Assembly (NCBI GenBank): GCA_963837175.1
Contig: CAWIMJ010000038.1
Coordinates: 1-12,178 of the forward strand
From: an uncultured Nitrososphaeraceae archaeon
Lineage (GTDB): Archaea; Thermoproteota; Nitrososphaeria; Nitrososphaerales; Nitrososphaeraceae
DNA: 12,178 nucleotides
Reading direction: 5' to 3'
Position 1 is the first letter of the stretch. The number at the start of each line of letters is the position of its first letter. A model generated the notes under the pieces. It was not told where the DNA came from, made no database searches, and saw nothing but the letters and a program-made list of their open reading frames with translations. The translations under genes were made by a program, and so were the position numbers. This document shows, in pieces, positions 1 through 7,935 of the stretch.

Positions 1-478
1 AATAGTCTATCGTAACCATGTATAGATATTAGAACATTACTAATTATTTTGAATATGCTGAGAATAGGGACAAGAGAAAGATCTCGTAAAAAACTCGAGG
101 GTATATATGAGCAATATTAATACTTTGTTAATTACTTAAAATTCAATCTTTACATCTTTATACAAAATTCACTTTTGTTCCGGGGGGAGTAAGTTCGTTT
201 AAACTAAATTCATCAGCAATATAACTTCGAGTGCCTAAAACTCTTAATTTTCTATTTAAGAAATAATATATGCATATTTTTTCAGCATCTTCCTTGTTAC
301 AGTAATGCTAGATAAATGATGATGCTCAACTATTATGATGCCATTGTATTCTTTATTTGCTTTATGAAGTAGCCAAGACCATTTATCAATTGGTAATAGC
401 ATAAATCACTGCATTACAGATAAGCTCTAAAAAAATGTTGAATATTATAATATATTCTGAAACAAAGAGAAAGAGAAA

Positions 479-624
479 CTGAAAAGTAAGAACAAGTTAC
501 TCGCTCGATATGTGGACTGGCAGCTCACACTAAAGAATTTAAAGATCTTATTAGTTATTCATATGAAATTATTAATTCAATAGAAGTTTCATCAGAACAA
601 AAATTTGATCCTTTTGATCCTTGA
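479..624 (+). pseudogene. Probable degraded small C2H2 zinc-finger gene
   Basis: The frame from 490 reads EQVTRSICGLAAHTKEFKDLISYSYE...SEQKFDPFDP* (TGA 622-624). Single-base reversions (CGC>TGC, CTT>CAT, TAT>CAT) plus one restored codon would give C-x2-C-x12-H-x2/4-H. An in-frame TAA lies at 487-489 and an AT-rich TATA-like tract at about 445-455. The reconstruction is inferential. Confidence 0.35.
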
Positions 625-962
625 ATTGATCATTAAAGACAACGAGTAGGTTGTAGCAATTGTGAGCAAATATATCCTATACGGACAAGATATATTAAGC
701 ATCTGAAATTAGCATTATCGTTTTTGGAAGTGATCCTAATTATCTTCAATGTATGGGATATTGCATATCCGAATCTGTGGAGTAGTAAACCAAATTTGAT
801 GCGATGATCGGACGCGAGCCTGATAGAATGCGATACTGACCCAATTTAAGGACACCATAAAATAATTCTTCTTTATCTATCAAATCCCATTATTATTAGA
901 CTCAGATTTAGATCTCTAACGAACGATAAGTATATTGATTCCAATCATAACTATCATTTGCC

Positions 963-1542
963 CTAGCAGTGAACTGACAAAGTTGTATCTGTTTCTGATG
1001 GTAGTTCAACTAAACGATGATTTTTTTTCTCTGAAGTGTTGGTAGCAGATGTTCTCTACTAAGGTATCATAAGCATTTACTTTAATATCCTCCTTACTTA
1101 TCCCAGGTACTTTTATTACAACTTTAACTTCTTTGTCAGTAGTTATTATCTCAACAATAGCTTCTCTTTCATCTGTAATTTGAAGTTATTCAGCAGCAGA
1201 AAAATTACTATCGCCACCACCATCAAACATTAGGGTACGTCCACTAGGTCTTATGTTGCCAAGTCTCTTACCATTGGTTTACCATCAGGTCCAATGGTTA
1301 CTGAATAACCAACCATAGACTAATGGCCCTATCTCTCTTATCTTACCACCACTCTCATCTATTTCATATTCTCTTACTAATTCTTTTGGTGCTGTTGATT
1401 GAATACTTTGAAATTATTATTGTTCAAATATTCATATCACAGTGTCAATAAATTCTATAAACATATATCATTATTATTTCTACTGTCGAAGAACCTTTTA
1501 AACCAATTTTCTGGTTCTATATTTCTAAAACTTCAATTTCAT
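963..1542 (-). pseudogene. hsp20: Archaeal small heat-shock protein Hsp20 pseudogene
   Basis: Stitched minus-strand frames read SFRNIEPENWFKRFFD / EF..*IFEQ**FQSIQSTAPKELVREYEIDESGGKIREIGPLVYG / YSVTIGPDGKPMVR / GNIRP...E*LQITDEREAIVEIITTDKEVKVVIKVPGISKEDIKVNAYDTLVE / TSATNTSEKKNHRLVELPSETDT. This matches the archaeal Hsp20 signature GPxVYGYSxTIGPDGKPxVREFGN followed by an alpha-crystallin domain. Lesions: AACC duplication at 1307-1314, 1-nt loss near 1264, in-frame TAA at 1186-1188, further frameshifts. A possible final NNGI..I strand lies at about 868-912. Confidence 0.9.
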
Positions 1543-1763
1543 TCTCGCTTGTTATCTATATAGAATGCTGTTGCAAAATACTTCTATTTTAAAATACCAT
1601 CTATTAACCTAACATATTTATTCTTCCAAAAAAACTGGAACATCAAAACAAATATGCCGAATTCATCTATAGAGACAATGGTGTCCAATGCTCTCATCCG
1701 GGCAATTTAGTCGTAACCATAAGCCAATAATCTGATTCTTATCAAATCGGATACTTCGTATAC

Positions 1764-1886
1764 CTATGGTATAACATATACTATAAAACTTGCTCCGATA
1801 ATCGCTGCTACAATAAGAGCTGTTAGTAGTATTCCTTTTTTAGTTACTCTTTTTTTGTTGGTATTGTTATTAGTACCAGTTGTCAA
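1764..1886 (-). CDS. 40-aa single-pass membrane microprotein (not in ORF track)
   Basis: TTG(1886) to TAG(1764) translates MTTGTNNNTNKKRVTKKGILLTALIVAAIIGASFIVYVIP*: a basic cluster followed by a 23-residue uncharged helix. TATA box TTATATAT lies 27-34 nt upstream. Confidence 0.75.
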   Translation of the reverse strand: MTTGTNNNTNKKRVTKKGILLTALIVAAIIGASFIVYVIP

Positions 1887-1912
1887 TCTATAACGTAATT
1901 GTTGATTTTTAC

Positions 1913-1920
1913 ATATATAA
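1913..1920 (-). promoter_or_regulatory. Archaeal TATA box for the microprotein gene
   Basis: Minus strand reads ATAAA-TTATATAT, with the box at -34 to -27 relative to TTG 1886. Confidence 0.5.
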
Positions 1921-2461
1921 TTTATGTTAATACACGCATTTGGAAAGTTCGCTTACAGAAGGTAATTTTACTGTTTAGTATTAGAATAAAAATGTAGATT
2001 GCTGAACCATAGCTACAAAACTTTGGAAATCTATTGCAAACGGATATGAATCTCAATTTTTTTGTAAATCTCAGCTGTTTGTCATTTCTTAAGAAACATA
2101 ATAATATTATCTATAGTGTAATAACAATTATATCAATATAATAAAAAAGATATTCATATTATATTTATTATAATTTATGTTCTTATTTACAACCTAAAAT
2201 GTTTTATTAGCGCTCAGATATTATAATAGATTCTATACCTGATAGGATTATTTACCTCGAAAATTCTATAGTAGGAATACATTTTTTTATCTCCTGTCAA
2301 ATATGTTCTGATCTCAAAAATTAATTTATTTAAAGAAGATAATAATTATATTCTATTATTAATTATAAATTGCCATCTTCTTTCTATGTTAAATAGCTGT
2401 TAAGAGTAACATTCTGAAAGACCTTGCTCAATTAGTTAACAACAATAATGGATAGGTAAGG

Positions 2462-4387
2462 CTAAGTTGGGAGAGCGAGCTTTCGTCTTAATTTCACTGC
2501 TGCTATGGCAGACACTAATGCCCCAACGTATAATCCTGCTCCGATTAACAGGTTGCCGTTAAAGCCAATCACCATGGAGGATATAGCAGTCAACACGGTT
2601 GCTATTACTGAGGCGATCACGTTTATACCCCATAGCAAAGTGATATCCCCATCAGTATTATTATCTTTCACTGAATGCATAGAAGCCATTCTAATAATGG
2701 ATGGAAATTGAAATCCCATAAGAAGACCTGCAGGCAATATAAGCGCAAAAGTCAACGCAATTCTCTGCGGCAGTTGCAGAGTTATACCTGTATATATAAT
2801 TTCTTGTAGTAGACCATAGTATGTTAATACTATTCCAACCAGAAGGGGTACTGCTATTACTACAGCCTTATAAGGATTTTTACGAAATAGTCTTCCACTC
2901 AAATATGCGCCTATTCCACTAGACAGTAGGATCGAAAAAAGAATAACAGTTAATGCCATTATTGGTGTTCCAAGTAACAACAGAAATTTTTGAATAAAGG
3001 TTATTTCTAAAAACATGAACCCAAGTCCGATAAACAATACAAAGATCATATGGAACCATGATGATCTTGACGATGTAACTAGTTGAATTTTATTTCTTCT
3101 TGAATAATATATCAAAAGCAAAGCAAGTACTGCAGATACTCCAAGAACAGTTTCTAAGAGAAATATCATCTGGTTTGGAATCTGCTCTCTTGCAAAATAG
3201 AATGGTGAATCATCGGTTGGCGGTTTTAACTCTAAACTTGCTTTAGGATCATTTTCTTGCAATTGTTGACGATGATAATAATAGTTCTTATCTGATAGTA
3301 GTCTGTCATAAGGAGGTTCTTTATATCCATCTGGCATTGCAATTACTTTAGCATTATTGTTAGCGATCCTCTCCTTTGCCAGATTAATTTCTGAATCAGT
3401 AAATGGACTATTTTTTATTATTAGAACGACCGGATATATTGTTTGTTGATCGTTTGATGCAAAATATAATCCAGGCCGATCTTCGACTACCAAAATCTGC
3501 TGACTAATGTCTTCCATACTTCCTTCTTTTTGCTCCTGTCGTAAAGATTCTGCTATTAGGGGCATGAGTCTTGGCAATTCAAAGTTCCAACGTACCATAA
3601 CAAGCATCCCATTATCTTCATCCAAGTGATGTAGATATTCTCTGAACGCTTCTACTGTATAGAGATAATTTTCTGAAAGTGCATATCCACCAGCAAGCTG
3701 AGCAGCCCAAGAATCAACGAGCTTTATTACTATCATGTCATATTTTGAATTACTAGAGCTGATAAATCGTCTGCCATCATCAACGAATAATTCCACCTCA
3801 TTACGTTCGTATAAATTTCCTGTAGAATTGCCAAATTGTTTTGCTGTTGATATTATCAATGGATTTATCTCTACTGCAGTGACTTTCTTCGATCCTCCAG
3901 CCAAGGCAATTAAAACGTCCTCCCCTCCACCGCTACCAATAATTAAAGTATTGTTGACATCATTTGATATTTCAAATGGTAAATAATCCATATATTTTTT
4001 CATCCATAGAAGATCTGCAGACGAACCATTCCATTTAAAGACTGGAGTGTCGGCATCGGCATCGATAGCTATTGCGGCTAGGGCTCTGGATCTACCAGTA
4101 TTATCGTTGTCGCTGTCATGATGATGGATTTGTCTAGTAACGTCAATTCGAGAGAAAGAATTCCATTGGGTTGATAAATGCTCAAATTCTGAAGGCTTTG
4201 ACAACTGATAATGCAATCCTTTGTTTTCGCCGGGTTTTATTGCTATTATATTGGAGCCTGAATTAGCTGCTAATAACACAGTAGAGGCAGCCAACACAAT
4301 TATTCCATACAGCTTTATTTTGTTTTCAATTACTGGCGCGTCTGATACATTCTTTTTCTGTGAAGTGGACAATAATAAAGGCAGCAA
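2462..4387 (-). CDS. C-terminal part of membrane-fused spermidine-synthase-like class I SAM-dependent methyltransferase (frameshifted gene)
   Basis: 641-aa ORF with WNSFSRIDV, Rossmann motif I LIIGSGGGED, VTAVEINP, DDGRRFI, YDMIVIKLVDSWAA, LSENYLYTVEAF, PPTDDSPFYF, then about 7 C-terminal TM helices (IGLGFMFLEITFIQKFLLLLGTP, LMGFQFP, WGINVIASV). This is the layout of the family usually annotated as fused MFS/spermidine synthase. The TTG start is probably not real. Confidence 0.85.
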   Translation of the reverse strand: MLPLLLSTSQKKNVSDAPVIENKIKLYGIIVLAASTVLLAANSGSNIIAIKPGENKGLHYQLSKPSEFEHLSTQWNSFSRIDVTRQIHHHDSDNDNTGRSRALAAIAIDADADTPVFKWNGSSADLLWMKKYMDYLPFEISNDVNNTLIIGSGGGEDVLIALAGGSKKVTAVEINPLIISTAKQFGNSTGNLYERNEVELFVDDGRRFISSSNSKYDMIVIKLVDSWAAQLAGGYALSENYLYTVEAFREYLHHLDEDNGMLVMVRWNFELPRLMPLIAESLRQEQKEGSMEDISQQILVVEDRPGLYFASNDQQTIYPVVLIIKNSPFTDSEINLAKERIANNNAKVIAMPDGYKEPPYDRLLSDKNYYYHRQQLQENDPKASLELKPPTDDSPFYFAREQIPNQMIFLLETVLGVSAVLALLLIYYSRRNKIQLVTSSRSSWFHMIFVLFIGLGFMFLEITFIQKFLLLLGTPIMALTVILFSILLSSGIGAYLSGRLFRKNPYKAVVIAVPLLVGIVLTYYGLLQEIIYTGITLQLPQRIALTFALILPAGLLMGFQFPSIIRMASMHSVKDNNTDGDITLLWGINVIASVIATVLTAISSMVIGFNGNLLIGAGLYVGALVSAIAAVKLRRKLALPT

Positions 4388-4916
4388 TAAGAGAAGGACC
4401 GAGTACTAACAGAGCTGCCGAAAGTAGCACAGATTCTGCACCTAATCTTTGCATTAGAGGATCAAGCATAAGTGTAGCCGACGCTGCTCCTACTAGATCA
4501 ATGAAGTATAGTTTGCTTACTTCTCTAGGCATTGCAAAATATATTAGTGACATCGAAATTCCAGCAAAAAAGAAAGGAATTGAAGAAGCCAAATAGAATA
4601 GATAAATGAAATATATGTTTGGTGGGATGATCTGTCCTATTACGAGTAAAAAGATTGGCACAGACACTGCAAAAATTATAGTAGTTTGAAGTATTTTTGA
4701 TGCTAGTTTCTCTCTTTTTATTTTATTCTTCAGAATGTGTATCAGCAAGGATCCAATTCCAAGTCCAAAAAACGCTACGGAAATCGCCATAAAAGCATAA
4801 TCATACCAGAGGATTATTGAAAAAATTCTAGTGAGTGCAAGCTCAAATAATAATACACTAATGGATAGCATGAAAAGTGTAATAAGAAGAAAAGTCAGTA
4901 GTGGTATAGAAGTCAA
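4326..4916 (-). CDS. N-terminal multi-TM part of the same spermidine-synthase-like/methyltransferase gene
   Basis: 196-aa ORF with about 6 TM helices and family N-terminal motifs FELALTRIFS..WYDYAFMAISVAFFGLGIG, PFFFAG and LYFIDLVGAA. It overlaps the downstream ORF by 62 nt, and that ORF is in the +1 frame. Confidence 0.85.
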   Translation of the reverse strand: MTSIPLLTFLLITLFMLSISVLLFELALTRIFSIILWYDYAFMAISVAFFGLGIGSLLIHILKNKIKREKLASKILQTTIIFAVSVPIFLLVIGQIIPPNIYFIYLFYLASSIPFFFAGISMSLIYFAMPREVSKLYFIDLVGAASATLMLDPLMQRLGAESVLLSAALLVLGPSLIAAFIIVHFTEKECIRRASN

Positions 4917-4940
4917 CTCAAATTAACAGAAAATGTATCT

Positions 4941-4953
4941 CATATAAGTTTTC
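4941..4953 (-). promoter_or_regulatory. BRE plus TATA box for the split methyltransferase gene
   Basis: Minus strand reads GAAAA-CTTATATG, with the box at -32 to -25 from TTG 4916. Confidence 0.6.
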
Positions 4954-5118
4954 AGAGTAATAGATGATATATTGGAATGATTGATTAGATATTTATCATT
5001 TATTTTCTCTGAATAGTTTCACTGTATAAAAGACGAGGATGCATTAATGCATTTTATCTAACAGCATAGTACATTTGATATCCAACTATAATAGATTAAT
5101 GAGTGATTTGAGCTTTTA

Positions 5119-5350
5119 GGCACTGTTATTAACTAATCAGCTTATGTTTCTTTCAATAGAAAGAAAATAATAAGAATAATAGTCCTCTTCCAGATGGCTC
5201 AATAGCAAGCTATAAGCATGAATATACTCATTTTTAGCTTTGACCATCGTTTTAATCTATAATGAATTCAGATATTCAGCTGCAAAGAGAGATATTCAAT
5301 TTCTTTGAATATAATGACCATCTATGAAATAGTGGACCTTCTATAAATTA
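5119..5350 (-). mobile_element. Degraded IS6-family (DDE) transposase remnant with one terminal inverted repeat
   Basis: Minus-strand fragments in the expected order: ISEFIID (5275-5255) / KTMVKAKNEY / LAIEPSGR (5209-5186) / LSIERNI (to 5143). These match the first catalytic-Asp region xxIDETxxKxGxxxxWLWxAIEP...SxERN of archaeal IS6-type transposases. GGCACTGTTATTAAC at 5119-5133 resembles the IS26/IS6 end GGCACTGTTGCAAA. The upper boundary is approximate. Confidence 0.7.
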
Positions 5351-6263
5351 TTGTAAAGTGAAGAGCCCGATTACTGGTGAAAATGATATGTATTTTATAA
5401 CGCAAAAATTGCTCATGATAAGGGTATTTTTATGTCAAGTTATTATCTTTCTTATTTTTTATTAAATATATTTTTATAAAAAATAATATTAGGTAGAATA
5501 AGTGTGCCGAGTTAGATAAATAATTTATTCTAAGAATATTTAAGACAGAGATTCTTTTTTCCTTTTCACTTCTATCAATATCAACTACTACAATCTTATT
5601 ATAAAATATCGTCTTGATCTTCTAATCATTATTGTATATTGTTGATTTGTTTCTTGAATTCAATTATTTTATGGATATTGTTTCTGTTAATGAGTAACGT
5701 TTGTTGTAGTATAGCCAACAGTTTACTTCTCTAGTCTAGTATATATTATAACTTAATGTTGGTAGATCGCTCTAAAATATTAGTGGTGTGTTAACCTCTG
5801 TACTAACTATTATTACTTTTCTAAATATTTTTACACGTCTATTGAGCATTTTTGCCGCAACACTAGATGCTGAATGTTTATAATATTCCTCCTATCTGAT
5901 ACTTTCGACGTACAAACATCATTACTTCAAAAAGGAAATAATACTCTACTTCTTGTGAGTATTTGTAATATGCTACAGCTCATATATTCTATGATTATTG
6001 CCATCCTAGTAGGTATTGTCTATTGGGCTTCAGTTCTGATCTAGGACTATATAATGTTCCAGTATTATCATAGGCTGGTAAAGCTGGTGCGTATGTAATT
6101 GTAAGAAGGAAAATATAACAATTCTACTAAATTTTGTTCTATTAGCATTAAGGAGATTATTATTAAATTTTAATCATTCTGCTGCTTGAGATATAGTAGT
6201 TATTAGATTCAATTTAGAACAACCATTTAATAGTAAATAAATATACATTATACTATAGCACTA

Positions 6264-6271
6264 CTTATAGC
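6264..6271 (+). promoter_or_regulatory. TATA box for the secreted protein gene
   Basis: CTTATAGC at -31 to -24 from TTG 6295. Confidence 0.5.
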
Positions 6272-6294
6272 CTTCAGAAAAAAGATTTTAGTAG

Positions 6295-7401
6295 TTGGAA
6301 CTTAAAGCGGTATCTTTAGTCCTTGTCTTTGGAGCATGTCTTCTCTATACTTTTCCATCATATAGTATTCTATATGCCCAAGTCCAGCAAACCCAACTTC
6401 CACAAAAGCCAATACTAGGAATAAAAATTACCTCTCCTACCGCAGGTCAAGAAGTTCCAGTCGGTGAAATGAATATCACTGGTATATCAACAGATAATGC
6501 AACTAGTGATTGTACAGTATATGCTGATTTGAATAACGTAAAGCCATTTCAAAAAGCTATAGCAGCAGGTCTTGGAGGAGTAAATGATTATTCAACATGG
6601 GATTATACATATACTGATAAATACCATCTTATTACAAACGGAACAAACAATCTAACTTCTAAACTATCATGTCTTAATAATAATGGTGGTACTGCTAATT
6701 TAACAACATATTATAGTGTAAATGTCACAGGGTTAACGTCTGATCGAAATCAACAGCATCCCTTATCAATAACAGGCAATAGCACAACTTTAGGTAATAG
6801 TACAAATTTAGGTAATGGTACAGCAACAACAACAGCAGCATTAGCAGTAGGAGCAGAAAATGTAGATAGTAGGAATATTTTACCAAGGCCTATTGTAGTA
6901 GAAGAAAAACAATCCTTACCAATAATAGACAATAGCACAACTTTGGGCAACGGTACATCAGCAGTAACCGTATTCCCATCACATTCAAATGCAGAACCTC
7001 CTATAATTCCAGAACAACCAACCCAAGTAGAGTCTCATGAAGGAGGGATAAAGGATAAAAATGCAGGGGATAAGGTCAAGGACGTATCATCAAAAGACGT
7101 ATCATCAAAAGACGTATCATCAAAGATAAACGATAAAGTCAAAGAGATATCCACAAAAAAGGATAAAAATGCAGGGGATAAGGTCAAGGACGTATCATCA
7201 AAAGACGTATCATCAAAAGACGTATCATCAAAAGACGTATCATCAAAAGACGTATCATCAAAAGACGTATCATCAAAAGACGTATCATCAAAAGACGTAT
7301 CATCAAAGATAAACGATAAAGTCAAAGAGATATCCACAAAGATAAAAGATAAAGTCAAGCACGTGCATGATAACATTCCATTCAAGCTACCATTCTCATA
7401 G
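6295..7401 (+). CDS. Secreted/surface glycoprotein with Ig-like beta domain and repetitive charged C-terminal tail
   Basis: 368 aa. Signal peptide (K, hydrophobic core, LYA|QV), then a beta-rich domain IKITSP...NITGISTDN..DC.V..DLN..KPFQ...NDYSTW...GTNNLTSKLSC with two Cys, which I recognise as a recurrent Nitrososphaeraceae secreted domain. It carries 11 N-x-T sequons, a T/P-rich linker, DVSSK repeats and the C-terminus IPFKLPFS. Confidence 0.88.
   Translation: MELKAVSLVLVFGACLLYTFPSYSILYAQVQQTQLPQKPILGIKITSPTAGQEVPVGEMNITGISTDNATSDCTVYADLNNVKPFQKAIAAGLGGVNDYSTWDYTYTDKYHLITNGTNNLTSKLSCLNNNGGTANLTTYYSVNVTGLTSDRNQQHPLSITGNSTTLGNSTNLGNGTATTTAALAVGAENVDSRNILPRPIVVEEKQSLPIIDNSTTLGNGTSAVTVFPSHSNAEPPIIPEQPTQVESHEGGIKDKNAGDKVKDVSSKDVSSKDVSSKINDKVKEISTKKDKNAGDKVKDVSSKDVSSKDVSSKDVSSKDVSSKDVSSKDVSSKDVSSKINDKVKEISTKIKDKVKHVHDNIPFKLPFS
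6757..6963 (+). repeat. Imperfect intragenic NSTTLG repeats
   Basis: AATAGCACAACTTTAGGT (6778), AATAGTACAAATTTAGGT (6796) and AATAGCACAACTTTGGGC (6931). In protein: HPLSITGNSTTLGNSTNLGNGT versus QSLPIIDNSTTLGNGT. Confidence 0.75.
7051..7341 (+). repeat. Nested tandem repeat: 15-bp unit inside a duplicated larger unit
   Basis: Unit GACGTATCATCAAA(A/G) occurs 3 times (7081-7125) and 8 times (7189-7308). Each block has the same 30-bp left flank and near-identical 33-bp right flank, giving outer units 7051-7158 (108 bp) and 7159-7341 (183 bp). Confidence 0.97.
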
Positions 7402-7698
7402 AATTGAAATAATCTGATATAGGCATCTTAAAAATTGCTTATCTTCAAAACCCTAGGACATAAAATATCCTCTGTTATTCTAATGGTATATTTCCACCAA
7501 ACTAATGAGCACAATTATGTTCTTCCTATACAAAAAACAGGCTTATAGTAATTAAAATCAATCGATTGATCAAGTCATTATACTACACATTATCGTCGCC
7601 AAACGGTTTTCTGCCGTGGACAATGCAAAGACAGGCGAGCTAGGTCTGAAAGTCAAGCAATAATTACTTTTCTGTGTGAAAGCATTAGATAAATCAAA

Positions 7699-7935
7699 CT
7701 AACTTTCAAACATCTCTCTTTCAAGTATCTGTTGGAACTTGTTTTTCCATTTCTTTGCACATATAGGTTAGTATTTTGACCATGTTTTTGCTATAATACG
7801 TGAACCTCTGTATCTTTCGAGTCTCACTATAAACATCCTATATCAATACTATCCTAGGTTTAGCACAGAATCTGATATTTATCTTGTCTGGATTTTTGTA
7901 GTTACAAGCTTTCATATACTATAGGATATTGAGCA
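7699..7935 (-). pseudogene. C-terminal remnant (zinc ribbon plus coiled coil) of a thaumarchaeal tyrosine integrase-like gene
   Basis: Fragments ACNYKNPDKINIRFCAKPRIVLI*DVYSET / DTEVHVL*QKHGQN / KEME / KFQQILER parallel the tail CxxCxxxNxxxxxFCAKCRMVLxYDAYxET...EEMENKFQQIL that I recall from Nitrososphaeraceae integrases. Multiple stops and frameshifts are present. Confidence 0.6.

Noticed and set aside
221-243. ATAACTTCGAGTGCCTAAAACTC, sharing AGTGCCTAAAA in inverted orientation with the IS6-like end at 5110-5124
   Set aside because: Only about 11 nt of exact identity, no transposase trace in 1-220, and the geometry does not fit a target-site duplication. It could be a worn IS end but I cannot support it.
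252-401. 49-aa minus-strand ORF MLLPIDKWSWLLHKANKEY...
   Set aside because: No motif or clear promoter, and the length is within chance expectation.
1566-1577. TGCTGTTGCAAA resembling an IS6/IS5 terminal repeat
   Set aside because: The terminal GG is missing, and no partner repeat or transposase fragment was found nearby.
2505-4596. Plus-strand ORFs 2505-2711, 3735-3986, 4221-4409 and 4360-4596
   Set aside because: Antisense shadows of the well-supported minus-strand methyltransferase gene, with no motifs.
5039-5052. Perfect 14-bp palindrome ATGCATTAATGCAT as a possible operator
   Set aside because: At this AT content roughly two such palindromes are expected by chance in 12 kb, and it is about 90 nt from the nearest TATA box with no second copy seen.
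7081-7308. 15-bp repeats as a CRISPR array
   Set aside because: Units are contiguous with no spacers, too short, in frame within a CDS, and no cas genes are present.
6750-7385. Minus-strand ORFs 6750-6950 and 7035-7385 (SFDDT repeats)
   Set aside because: Antisense shadows. The 15-bp unit simply has no stop codon in that reverse frame.
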